Assembly (NCBI GenBank): GCA_965223905.1
Contig: CBDCXV010000011.1
Location: 384,001-448,000, forward strand
Direction of reading: 5' to 3'
Origin: Candidatus Latescibacterota bacterium
GTDB lineage: Bacteria > Latescibacterota > UBA2968 > UBA8231
Length of the DNA stretch: 64,000 bases
In this document: one piece after another, positions 9,186-20,031 of the stretch
Layout of the letters: each line of letters starts with the position of its first letter
How positions within the stretch are numbered: the first letter of the stretch is position 1
The notes under the pieces: model-generated
Told to the model about the DNA's origin: nothing
Database searches by the model: none
The model's input: only the letters and a program-made list of their open reading frames with translations
Position numbers and translations under genes: made by a program

Positions 9186-11433
9186 TCCTTCCCCTTCCTC
9201 GAGGCCCGGGACCGGCAATAGGAACGCAGCACCTCGAACGCCGCGGCCCTGGGGGCGCTGCGTGTCCTTGTCGCCGCGGGTATCCGCCGGCTCCAGCTGA
9301 TCGACAGATAGCGCCGGGCGCGGGTGATACCGACGTAGAGCAGCCGCAGGCGTTCGGCGATCAGCTCGACATGGCCGTCTCTCGTTGCCTCCGCACCGGT
9401 ATGCCCGGCTTCTTCCCCGTGGCCGGAAAGCGCCCGTTTCAGCGCCGCAACCGCCATTTCGGCCGGGTCACCTCCCAGGTAGTCGTAATCGCCGCGAAAC
9501 CGCTCCTCGAGGCGGCTGTGAAAGAAATCGCCGTCTACGCCTACGAGGTAGACGAGATCCCACTCCAGCCCCTTGGCGCGGTGCATGGTCGCCAGGCTCA
9601 CACGCCCGGGAGCCGGCTCGAAGCCCCCCTCTCCTTCGGCCAGGACACCGCGCCCGCTGCTCAGCAGATCGGCAGCGAGCTCCGGCAGGCGCCACTCCGG
9701 GTGCTGGTCGCGACGGCGGCGCAGATGAGAGGCCAGCTGCTGCGCCCGGGCCATGTCCTCTCCGTCGAGGATCCCTTGGGCGACGGTGAGCAGCTGCTGC
9801 TCCACCGGTAGCGAGGAGGCCCTGAGGGAGTGCCCGAGGAAACGGGCGAACCCCTGTATCGCCTGCAGGTCCGCTTCCGGAACGGCGCCGACCGGGGGAA
9901 GGGAGTCGGTGACGGTCTCGCCCTGGCGCGGAAACACCAGGGTTTCCGGCCGGTAGCAGCTGCGCAGCAGGCGGGACACGTTCTCATCATCCGCTTCCGT
10001 TTGCAGGCCGTCCTCGGAGGACTGCAGGTACGGAGCAACCGAGGCGCAGGCGCGCTTGCAGGTGGCCGCGGTGGAGAGGGGAGGCGGCATACGACAGCAC
10101 CCATTCTAGGGCGTCGCCGAGCGAGCGGGACGGCCTGCTCGTTTGCAGGCGCTCGTCGAAATCGACACGGAGCCGGGTCAGGTTTTCTCCGACTTCGTAC
10201 CCGAGCCGGTTGGTCGGCACCAGGATGCCGAGGGTCAGCTCCGGGTGTCGAGCCGCGAAGCCAGCGGCCTTGCGGGCGACATCTTCGAGCTCCTGGTCGC
10301 GGCTGCCGTATTCGCGGAACAGGATCTCGCTCTCGGCATCGGCCGGATTCTGCTGCGGGTCCCCGGGATCGGTGGCCGCCATGTGCTGGCGGCGGAAGCA
10401 GCGGTTTCTCACCTGCAAAACCGGATGGTTGTCACAGGCCCAGTCGACGAGATGGTTGGCGACGTCGATGATGCGCCGGGAACAGCGCCCCGAGACCGCC
10501 ATCTCCACCGCGTCGACTTCCCCCGCTTCCAGGAATCTCCGCAGGCTCGAGGGTTCGGAGGCGGTGAAGCTGCTCATGATCGCCTGGTTGGGATCCCCTA
10601 CGCGAACCCAGTTGCCGTGCTTCCGTGAGATCCTGCTCCTGCAGCGGCAGGCTGTCCTGGGCTTCGTCCTCGACGATTACGGGCCACCGCTCCGCCAGCC
10701 TGTCCCTGAGATCGGGATGAGTCTCCAGCAGGTCGACGGCGAGGCGGACCATGTCGTTGAAATCGAGCCCGCCCATGGTCTCCAACTGCTGCTGGTAACT
10801 CCGGTACACGGATAGCCCGAGTTCGAGAAATGACTCCGACCGCCCGCCGGGTTGGAGGCTGGCAAGCTCTGCCTCGATTGCGGCCACGCCCCTGCGGCGG
10901 TTCTTGGCCTCGGAAACCACCCTGCGCGCTACGGCGGTCGCAATATCCAGCCAGGTCCTCTCCCAATCGGCAGGGTCGCGGTCGGCTGGAGCGAGCCGCC
11001 GCCACTCCTCGCGATGGCCGGCGTTCCATCTCCGCACCGCCTTTTCGAGCAGGTCGGCCCCGGCGCGCTCGTCCACGACCTGGAAGTCCGCGGTGGTCCC
11101 GGCCTGACCCGGGTGCGATTTGAGAATCCCGTACGACAGGCTGTGGAGGGTGCGGACGTCGAAGGCCGCCCCGAGAGGAGGAGCCTGACCGAGCTGCTCC
11201 CTGATGCGAACCCTGAGGGCGTCGGCCGCGGCCGTCTGGTAGGTCACAACGAGCACGCGGCCCCCGGGTGGAACGAGTGGAGCCGGACCCTTCCCCCGCT
11301 GGTTCAGCAAGTGTGCGGTCAGGGCGGCGACGGCAGCGGTCTTGCCGCTTCCCGGCACCGCGGACACTCCCATGCGGCTCCCCGCGTACTCGAGGATCTC
11401 CCGCTGCCCGGGACGGGGCCTGAAGTCGTTCAT
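9182..11433 (-). pseudogene. UvrD-like SF1 helicase split by two frameshifts (about 10625 and about 10058)
   Basis: Motifs run across three frames: AVPGSGKT, VRTLHSL, LDFNDM, EDEAQD | VGDPNQAI, SGRCSRRI | TMHRAKGLEWD, ERLRLLYVGITRARR. Confidence 0.85.
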
Positions 11434-13686
11434 GGCGCCCCCGCCTTCCACCCTTCCCCGTCTTCGGCGAGGGTCGTTTCGATGGCTCGCAGCAGGGGGC
11501 AGTCCTGTGGCCCCCCTCCTACCGCTTCGACCTCACTGGCGCAGACGAACACCCCGTCCAGGCAACGCCGGCAGAGCCCCCTGACGAGGCGCTGCAGCAG
11601 CTGGTTGCGGCGCTCGCGATCCTCCGCCTCCGTCCAGCGAGCTCCACGTATCCAGGAACGGGAAAGCACGTGGGGGTTGGTCAAAGGCTGGTGGGGCGGC
11701 TCCCACCAGAAGATCGACCCGACCTCGAGCCAGAACTGGTAACGCGACACCTGCTCGTGCAGCAGATAGGTGTACACCGGAGCCACCAGCATGACCTTCC
11801 CGGAAGCGACAACCTCCTCCACCCCGGTCTGGTAGTCGGCCGACACGATCCCTTCCGAAAGCATGTCGAGGTAGCGCCTGCCCTCCGGCTTGTCGTTGAG
11901 ACCCATTGCCGGAGCGGCCTGCCGGAACCAGGTGGCGGAGTTGATGAGTCGGGCGTACAGGGCCCCCTCCTCCGGCTTCATCTCGTCTTTCGCAAGCACT
12001 TCCCCGAACAGCTTGCGGAAGAAGTGGTCGATGCTTCCCGAGTCCGGATTGGCGTTCGCCCGAAGCCAGCGGCGCACCCTCTCCCAGTGCTCGATCCGGT
12101 CCGCGCCGATCCGCCCGACGATCTCGTCCGCAAGGCCCTCCGCGGACCGCAGCCGCCCGGACGCGGGGTTGTAGAAATGGCGCACGGCGAGGGCCGCTCG
12201 AACCGGATCCAGTCCGGTTACCAGGGCCATGGCCTCGGCCACGTCGTACGGGTGGGGACGGCATTCCCATTGGGGATGCGCCAGGGCGGCCAGCGTCAGG
12301 CAGGCGCGCACTTCCGGCTCCTCGCGCAGACTCTCGTAACGGCGCACTACGACGAAGGGAATGCCCTTCTTTTCGAGGGCCTCCGACATCAGGAAGCGCA
12401 GCACCCCGTCGGCGTGGGGTGCGACCGCGGCGATGCCGCCCGGATCCACCCCCGAATCCACCAGGCCGGAGATGGCGTCCACCACCCCATCGATCATCTG
12501 CGACCGGTAGTGGGTGAAAATGCGTCCGGCCACCGCCTCTCCGGCTGCCGGGGTGGGAAAGCGGGATCCGGCGCCGAGCTGAACGCAGATCGCCTCCCCG
12601 AGCTGGAGGATGGCATCCTGTCGCGGCCGCGCAGGAAGCCCCAGGGACAGCCCGGCCCCGGACGTCAGCCTGTGCGCCCCCTCCGGGGCGACTCCCATGA
12701 ACACCCGGTACCCCCCCCTCGCCGTCGCACAGCAGAAGGGAAGAATCGCAACAGGCGAGGAACCCCTCGATCAGGTCCTGCGCCACCGGCACCGTCTCTT
12801 CGAGCTGGTCGACGACCAGGTGGCGATACCGATCCAGGGGCTCTGCGTGCGGTACCCGGCCAGAGCGGACGAAAAAGCGGTCGAACAGCTCCACTGCCAG
12901 TGAGAAATCGACAAGTCCGTGCTCGAGGCAGTGAGCGCGAAAACGGGCGATGCACTCTTGGGCCTGCTGGAAATAGACCCGATGGCCCGCCTCTCCCGCC
13001 CACGCCTCCTGCAGTCGCTTACCCACCTCTTCCATGGGGTAGCCATTGACCGCGGCCTTGTTGAGGTTGTCGAGAAGCTGCGACAGAACCCGCTGGCGCC
13101 TCACCGGAAGTCCCTCGAAATATCCGCGGTCGAGAAGGGGTGCGATCAGCTGCGACATCAGGTACTGCGCCGTCTCGAAAGTGAGCTTCACCGGAAGCCG
13201 CTCCCCGGCGCTCCTGGAGAACCCGGCCGCGGGAGCCAGCTTCGGCCAGAACAGGCCGACGGTGCGGTTGGCCAGCCCGTAGTAGGTCTGTATCTCCACC
13301 GCTCCCGCGGGACCGGCGAGAAGCCCCAGGCGGTTCAGCTCCCGGAGGCAGCTCCGCCGCCGGCCGCGGTTACCAACCAGGACCAGGACCGAGTACGGGG
13401 AGACCCCGCTTTCGATCAGGTGCTGAACGCGGGCGCAGACGAACTCGGTTGCCCGGCTCCCGAAAGGGGCAGTGATCGCCGCGGTGAAATTGCCTCCGAC
13501 GGGGCCGCGCACGGCGCGCTCGAAATCCGGGGGGAGAAAGGGTCGATCCACCCCTGCCGGCACGCGCCCCGGACGGACACCCGACTCTTTCGGGTCCGAA
13601 GGTGGCGGCCCGGAGGCTTTTGGGTTCCGCTGCCGGTCATCGACCCGAACCCGAAACCCATTGTCGCTGTCCGCACTGCCCATCAT
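11430..13686 (-). pseudogene. Degenerate helicase-like (AddB N-terminus-like) protein with a +1 frameshift in a G8 tract
   Basis: Degenerate Walker A (APFGSRAT), QTYYGLA, LVDFSLA, HLVVDQLEE, C-terminal YQFWLEVGS. Removing one base from C8 at 12711-12718 joins DGEGG to YRVFMG. Start is uncertain. Confidence 0.7.
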
Positions 13687-14088
13687 TCCTGCTGCCTCAT
13701 CGCCCCCAATACCTGAACTCGGCTGGTTACCCGTCTCGGCCCAGATGCTTCCTGTTCTGCCTTCCTACCTCCAGGTCACGGTGCGCGCAGTGCGCATCGG
13801 CCAGGAAGGGGAAGCAAGGTGAAGAATTCTCCTGTGTTGTCCCTTCTCGCGCCGCTTCCAAGGATTTCACCGACCAATCACCGGAAACAAACCAGGTCGT
13901 AACCAACAGAACGGTAGCTAAAAAGACCCGATTTTCTAAAACTTTACTATATCTATATGCCCAAGGAATGGACGCGAAATGCCACGATTGTGGCGGGCTG
14001 GTGTTTAGCCGCGGTAGTCAGTAGGTGGCGATGGGGGCCGATGGCGAAGACCGAGAGGGGTCTCAAGGTCGTCAGCATCGATGTCAGA

Positions 14089-15378
14089 CTACAGCAACCG
14101 GTCGGCGTTCTCCGCGACCTTCCGAAAAGCGTCGGCGTACTGGCCTATGATCTCGGGCTCGTAGCGCTTGAACCAGGGAATCGAATAACAGCGCTCGTTG
14201 ATCGATTCCGTGATCGGCAGGCTGCCGGCCGGTTGTCTGAGGTCCCGGTCGCTGTTGGCGATCCGCGTCGGCACTCCGTGGCCGTAGATGTCGGCTTCGT
14301 TGAGCACCGGGTGGAGATGCATCGCCGACACCCCGGCCCCGGGCCGCACCTGAAAGCCGCCACCGGCAATCTCTGCGTTCACCGCCTCGCAGAAGCGGGC
14401 GAGCGAAAGCCCGTTCAGCTCCTCGGCCCGGTAGAGGCCCCGGGCCGAGTAAAAGCCGCCCATGGCGCTGCCGCTGTCCCGTGGGGGCATGTGAGGACGC
14501 AGCCCCCTGACCCCCTCCAGCCGGTCCCAGAAGCAGTACATCGCCTTGCGGATCTCCGCCAGCCGGTCGCGGTATCGGCGCAGTTGAACGCGACCGACCG
14601 CGGAGGAGAGCTGGTGAATCCGGTACTTGCAGCCCCCTAGCGGGTAGCCGGCGAACGGAGCCAGCTCCGGATCGGAGAGGGTGCGGGAACGGGCGTAGTG
14701 GCCGAAGGCGAGGGCGCGGTTGAAGATCTTCTCCTGAGCGGTGACCAGGAACCCTCCCTCGCCGGAAACCAAGGACTTCCCGGACATTATCGACATCGCT
14801 CCGACGTCTCCGATGGTTCCGAGCAGCCTGCCCTTGTACTCTCCTCCCTGTGCGTGCGACACGTCTTCGATGACCTTGAGACCGTGCTTCTCCGCGATCT
14901 TCATGATCGCATCCATGTCGCTGGGGTAGCTGCTGAGGTGAACGGCGACGATAGCCCGAGTGCGAGCAGTGATCCGGTGCTCGATATCGGCCGGATCGAT
15001 GGTCAGGGTCTGCGGATCGACCTCGGCGAAAACGACGGTGGCCCCGAGTGAGAAGGCCTGAAGTACCGATCCCCAGTAGGTCAGACTCTGGCAGATCACC
15101 TCGTCGCCGATCCCCACCCCGCATCCGTACAGCGCGCCCTGGATCGCCGCCGTTCCGGTGTTGTGGCACAGAACGTGGGGGAGGCCAAACCACTCCCCCA
15201 GCTCCTTCTCGAACTCCAGGGTGACGTCGAAGTCCGACATGGCGCCGCGGCGGAGGACATCGAGCACCGCTTCCTCGTCCTCCCTGGTAATTACGGGCCA
15301 CCGGAACAGGTCGTTTGGATCCGCGGTCAGGGCAGGCTCCCCCCCGAGCAGGGCGAGATCGTTGCCTCCGACGTTCAT
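14089..15378 (-). CDS. DegT/DnrJ/EryC1/StrS family PLP aminotransferase
   Basis: LALLGGEP, NTGTAAI, VIEDVSHAQG, SIMSGKSLVSGEGG (PLP lysine). Confidence 0.9.
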   Translation of the reverse strand: MNVGGNDLALLGGEPALTADPNDLFRWPVITREDEEAVLDVLRRGAMSDFDVTLEFEKELGEWFGLPHVLCHNTGTAAIQGALYGCGVGIGDEVICQSLTYWGSVLQAFSLGATVVFAEVDPQTLTIDPADIEHRITARTRAIVAVHLSSYPSDMDAIMKIAEKHGLKVIEDVSHAQGGEYKGRLLGTIGDVGAMSIMSGKSLVSGEGGFLVTAQEKIFNRALAFGHYARSRTLSDPELAPFAGYPLGGCKYRIHQLSSAVGRVQLRRYRDRLAEIRKAMYCFWDRLEGVRGLRPHMPPRDSGSAMGGFYSARGLYRAEELNGLSLARFCEAVNAEIAGGGFQVRPGAGVSAMHLHPVLNEADIYGHGVPTRIANSDRDLRQPAGSLPITESINERCYSIPWFKRYEPEIIGQYADAFRKVAENADRLL

Positions 15379-16377
15379 TCAGGAGCCGGCCGCCGCGAGC
15401 CGTTTCTCCAACTGCCGGGTCGAGGGCATGCGGTCGTACTCCCACACGTGCCTGACCACGCCCTCCTCGATCCAGGCCAGGCGCGGCCAACCGTGGCCCG
15501 CAGTCAGGCGCATCCAGTCCGACGACGAAATCGTCGCTATGTCGAAGCGAGGTCTCATCTGCCCTATGAACTCCTTGAGCTCAGGGGAGTCCTGGGCGTA
15601 CTCGTTGAGGCCGATGAGGCGCGGCAGACGGCTGGACGCCGCCCAGCGGTTGAGCTTGGGCACCTCCTTTTTGCAGCGCGGGCATTTCGGGTTGAACAGC
15701 TCGATGAGGTAGCTTCCCGAGCTCAGATCTACTTCGACTCCTTTTAGCTCCAACCCCTGCAGGGCCATTCCGGGCCTCAGGTCCGAACCTGCGAGCCGGT
15801 CCGCCTGGGGATAGAAGCGCACCCCGATGACCGCCAGTGCGACGAGGGCCCCGACGCCGGCGAGCAGGGGGGCCCGCGCCAGTCCGGGGCGCGGCCATCG
15901 CAAGGTCCCCCGCCACCACCCGAGCAGTAACAACCCGAGCATCACCGCATCCTCGGCCGCGGCCTGGCCTGGAGAGCGCTCCGCCAGGGCACCGAAGCAG
16001 CCGCAGTCAACGTTCGCTCCGGTTCGCCAGGCGTAGAATGTCAGCCCCAGAAACAGGGCCATCATCACCACGGCAACGGGATAAATCAAACGCGGCCTCC
16101 AGTTTAGCAGGAGAGCCAATCCGACCGCGGTCTCGACCGGGGCGAGGTAGATCGCCGCGGAGCCGAGATTGTGCCAAGCCTGACGGTCCACGGCGAGCAT
16201 ATCGAGATAGGAGACCACCTCCCAGTAGAAGATGACCGGGTCCCAGGATTTTGCGGCCCCGGCTGTCAGAAAGACCAGCCCCATCGCCAGCCGCGCCAGC
16301 GCGGCGAGCTTGGAAAGCAGTGATGCATTGAGAGGAACCCCCGTCATTTCGCCCCTGCCGTGTGAGTGCATGGTCAT
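15379..16377 (-). CDS. MauE/DoxX-family redox membrane protein fused to a thioredoxin-like (CPRC) domain
   Basis: ARLAMGLVFLTAGAAK, VDCGCFGA, C-terminal FNPKCPRCKKEVP...HGWPRL. Start may be 16346. Confidence 0.75.
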   Translation of the reverse strand: MTMHSHGRGEMTGVPLNASLLSKLAALARLAMGLVFLTAGAAKSWDPVIFYWEVVSYLDMLAVDRQAWHNLGSAAIYLAPVETAVGLALLLNWRPRLIYPVAVVMMALFLGLTFYAWRTGANVDCGCFGALAERSPGQAAAEDAVMLGLLLLGWWRGTLRWPRPGLARAPLLAGVGALVALAVIGVRFYPQADRLAGSDLRPGMALQGLELKGVEVDLSSGSYLIELFNPKCPRCKKEVPKLNRWAASSRLPRLIGLNEYAQDSPELKEFIGQMRPRFDIATISSSDWMRLTAGHGWPRLAWIEEGVVRHVWEYDRMPSTRQLEKRLAAAGS

Positions 16378-17328
16378 AGTCCAGTGTTTCTTTTCGCCAT
16401 CAATATGGAGGGGCCCGTCTGCAGGCCCCGAACCCTCCTTCCGACATCTCCGAACCTAAGGAAAAAACCATGTAGTAGGGCAATCTCAATGACTGAAACT
16501 CCTCGAGGATGCCGTTCTCCTCCGACACCTCGCGTAGGCACGGCCCCCTTCCGAGTCTCGAAACGACCGATCAACAGAAAAGTCGAAAGGCTCGCCCCGG
16601 ACCTCGACCGGGCTCAGGTTGGCGTCAACAGGCCGAACTCCCCCATTTCCGACAGGCATCGCGACGCGGAATGACTCCGGTTGATGGGAAGCGGTTTGAC
16701 CCTGTGGTCTGGGGAATAGGCGGTCGCCAAACTTCGGCCAGGAGGAGAGGGGGTTCCCCTTCACTGGTCCCGGCCCTGTGGAAACCCGGGCTGTAACGGG
16801 GACGCTGCTGGAAATCCCGTGCCAATACTGACCTCGCCCTGTAATCGGCCCCGTTCCTTTTCACTCCACGACAGGGGTCTTCCTCGAGGCCGCAGGTTCG
16901 GTCGGCCCGAGGCCTCCTTCGTGCAGGGGCAGGTTAAGGCGGTGCAGATACCCCGTCCATCCAAGTATGGCCGGCTGCGTTCAGAATAAAGTCGGCGATT
17001 CCGGCAACGGTCCTTCTACTCCTTCCGCCCTGTGCCGCAGGTGCGGTTCCGCATTCCGAACCTAGCGTCGCATCCTACGGATTTCTTGAAAAATACCGTG
17101 GTGTACGGCGAGCGAAGACAACGCAGCGAGACGGGATTGAGGGGAAAAATCGCCGGATGAGGTTTTCATTGAACCGCGATTTCTCCATCAAGATTTTTCC
17201 CCCAAATGGATCGGCCTAGGAAATTGCAAGGGATTCCTGGGACACTACACTTAGGGGTAAACTCGCAACGCCATCGAAATACTGCGCTTGCGGATGTGGC
17301 GCGGGCGGCCGCGCCGACCACGCCGCTG

Positions 17329-18114
17329 TCAGCGGCGGCCGGTCTCGCGTCGGGGTCTGCGGCCGTAGCTGATCGGGGCATCCTTTTGGTGGTCCTTTGG
17401 TACATCTCGGGACGGCTCCCTGGCGGCTTCCTGAAACTCCCCACCGGAGACCCTGTTCTCCGCCTCGGATGCCTCCTTCGATCCGCCCTCCCCTGACCAC
17501 CGCCCCCCCGGCCTCGAACGCTCACCGCGGCGGTCGACTGGGACCGCATCCAGACCACTCACCTCCCCCACGAATTCCGCGGGTATTTCCCGAGAAAGAA
17601 CCACCTCCCCCCGGGCGTAGAACTCGATACCGCCCTCTTCGAAAGCCCGCTTGGCCTCGATTTCGACGACGCACGGTTCCCCCGCCTCGTGGCTGCGCGA
17701 TTCGGCGATTTCCCTGGTCATGCTCAGGTGGAGGTAGGAGCGGTCGATCGGACGCAGCCCTTCCTCAGGCACCCTGCGGCCCGCATTTGCGGTGGTCCCC
17801 ATGAACAGCTTTTCCGGCGGGTCGATCGGATCGTCGTCGATCTCCAGGTAAAAACTGTGGCCGTACAGTGCCCGGATGTAGTCGTCGACGATCTCGAACC
17901 GCTTTGGCTTCGAATCATCTACGAGCCTGCGTATATCCTCCTCGCCCACTTCCGAATACCGCTGCTGCACCGCCTCGGTAACTTCGTCGAGGGGAATGTA
18001 CCCGTATTCGTCCATGTTGAGTCCAAATTCGTCCGGTCGGTGGCGCAGGATCAGGGACAGCAACTTCGAAATCCGCCGCCGGTCCACACCCTTCCTGGGT
18101 CTCTCTCTTTGCAT
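17329..18114 (-). CDS. kptA: RNA 2'-phosphotransferase KptA/Tpt1
   Basis: SKLLSLILRHRP, KRFE, IRALYGHS, PPEKLFMGT, EGLRPIDRSYLHLS. Confidence 0.88.
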   Translation of the reverse strand: MQRERPRKGVDRRRISKLLSLILRHRPDEFGLNMDEYGYIPLDEVTEAVQQRYSEVGEEDIRRLVDDSKPKRFEIVDDYIRALYGHSFYLEIDDDPIDPPEKLFMGTTANAGRRVPEEGLRPIDRSYLHLSMTREIAESRSHEAGEPCVVEIEAKRAFEEGGIEFYARGEVVLSREIPAEFVGEVSGLDAVPVDRRGERSRPGGRWSGEGGSKEASEAENRVSGGEFQEAAREPSRDVPKDHQKDAPISYGRRPRRETGRR

Positions 18115-18155
18115 CTCGCTATCTGTTCTGTTTGTGCGTTCGACAGTTCAGTTGT

Positions 18156-18614
18156 CTACGACCACTGATCGCGATAGGTATCGATGGCCCGGGCGATCTT
18201 TTCGTCCGACAGCGCCAGGATCTGCGCCGCCAGCATGGCGGCGTTACGGGCGTTGTCGATCCCGACTGTGGCCACCGGAATCCCCGGCGGCATCTGCACG
18301 ATCGAGTAGAGTGAATCCAATCCATTGAGGGCTCCCGACGCTACCGGCACCCCGATTACGGGAAGCGTCGTATGCGCCGCCAAAACACCGGGCAGGGCCG
18401 CCGCCAATCCCGCGCCGGCGATCAGTACCCGCAGCCCCCTGCCGCGCGCTCCTCGGGCATACTCCGCGGTGCGCCCCGGGTTTCGATGCGCAGAAGAAAC
18501 CACCATCTCGTATCCGACGCCGAGCTCGTCCAGAAGGTCGGCCCCTTTCCGCATGGTGGGTTCATCCGATTTGCTCCCCATGACCATGCCAACTTCGCTA
18601 ACTGCGACAGCCAT
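18156..18614 (-). CDS. purE: N5-CAIR mutase PurE
   Basis: [38 protein letters not shown]. Confidence 0.96.
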   Translation of the reverse strand: MAVAVSEVGMVMGSKSDEPTMRKGADLLDELGVGYEMVVSSAHRNPGRTAEYARGARGRGLRVLIAGAGLAAALPGVLAAHTTLPVIGVPVASGALNGLDSLYSIVQMPPGIPVATVGIDNARNAAMLAAQILALSDEKIARAIDTYRDQWS

Positions 18615-18789
18615 TCGCTCCACTCCCTGGTCCGTTGTAGGCCCGCGGCGCATAAGCTGTATCGGATCAACCAGTTATGGCCGCGCTGAAGCTCACTTGT
18701 CCGGGGGCAAATGACAAAAGGGGGCCAATCGCTGTCAAGAGGGGTCCGCGAACCCACGGGCGGCACCCCCCATGATGGGAACCGGAGTG

Positions 18790-19938
18790 TCAGGCCATTT
18801 TATTCCGCAGGATGGCGGGGTAGTCGAGGTCGCCATTCCAAGTGGAATCTTTCTCTTCGGCATCCTCGCTTGCTGCCCGGGAAAACCCGCCGAACTCCGG
18901 CTGCATCGCCTCCTGCAGTGTGCGCTGCTGCCGCTTGGAAACCGCTTTCTCTTCGAGGTTCTCGTAGCGGCCCGCCCTCTTGTTGAGGTAAAAGCCAGTG
19001 GCTATGACGGTTACGCGCATTTCGTCGACCAAGTCTTCGTCAATAACGGTTCCGAAGATGATGTTGGCGTCATGTCCGGCAGATTCCTGGATGATCGAGG
19101 CCGCTTCATTGGCTTCGTAAAGGGTGAGGTTCGAGCTGGAGGTAATGTTGATCAAGGCTCCCCTTGCACCCTCGATGGAGACGTCTTCGAGCAGCGGACT
19201 GCTGATTGCCTTCTTCGCAGCTTCGAGAGAGCGGTTCTCCCCCTTGTGAGACCCGACGCCGATCATGGCGTCCCCCCCTTCGGTGATGACCGTCTTCACG
19301 TCGTTGAAATCGAGGTTTATCATGCCGGGAATGGTGATGAGGTCAGAGATCCCGCGCGTCGCCTGCAACAGCACCTCGTCCGCACCGGCGAACGCTTCCT
19401 CGAGCGAGGTGTCGCGCGAGCAGATCGAAAGCAGGCGCTGGTTCTTGATAACTATCAGGGTATCGACGTGCTCCTGCATCTCGGAGATTCCGGTCAGCGC
19501 ATTGCGCATGCGCGGAAACCCCTCGAACTGGAACGGCTCCGTGACGATACCCACGGTCAAGGCGCCTTGATCCTTGGCGAGCTCGGCAACGATGGGAGCC
19601 GCGCCGGTTCCGGTTCCGCCCCCCATGCCGGCCGTAATAAATACGAGATCCGTGTCGCTGAGATGTTCGACGACCTTGTCGCGGTCTTCTTCGATCGCCT
19701 GGCGTCCGATCTCCGGCTTGGCACCGGCGCCGAGACCGCGAGTGATGTTGTCCCCGATGATGAGGCAGTGATCGGCCTTCGAGACGTCCAGGTCCTGACT
19801 GTCGGTGTTGATGGCGACGAATTCGACGCCGTTAACTCCCGCGTCAACCATGCGGTTTATGGCGTTTCCGCCCGCCCCGCCTACCCCTACCACCTTGATG
19901 TTCGCTTTCTGATCGTAATCGAGAATCTTGAACGTCAT
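18790..19938 (-). CDS. ftsZ: Cell division protein FtsZ
   Basis: VGVGGAGGNA, GMGGGTGTG, INLDFNDV, C-terminal LDYPAILR. Confidence 0.97.
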   Translation of the reverse strand: MTFKILDYDQKANIKVVGVGGAGGNAINRMVDAGVNGVEFVAINTDSQDLDVSKADHCLIIGDNITRGLGAGAKPEIGRQAIEEDRDKVVEHLSDTDLVFITAGMGGGTGTGAAPIVAELAKDQGALTVGIVTEPFQFEGFPRMRNALTGISEMQEHVDTLIVIKNQRLLSICSRDTSLEEAFAGADEVLLQATRGISDLITIPGMINLDFNDVKTVITEGGDAMIGVGSHKGENRSLEAAKKAISSPLLEDVSIEGARGALINITSSSNLTLYEANEAASIIQESAGHDANIIFGTVIDEDLVDEMRVTVIATGFYLNKRAGRYENLEEKAVSKRQQRTLQEAMQPEFGGFSRAASEDAEEKDSTWNGDLDYPAILRNKMA

Positions 19939-20031
19939 TTTTTCCTCCTTTGAGGGACTGTAAGTTGAGGGCTGTCGCCGCGACTGTCCTCCCTCGGTTG
20001 ATTTCTTCATGCCTATGGGGGTATTCACCGC

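Noticed and set aside
16600-16960. RNase P, tmRNA, OLE RNA, TPP or cobalamin riboswitch
   Set aside because: Hallmark motifs (e.g. GAGGAAAGTCC, tRNA-like ends, CTGAGA) were not found on either strand; kept only as an unknown candidate.
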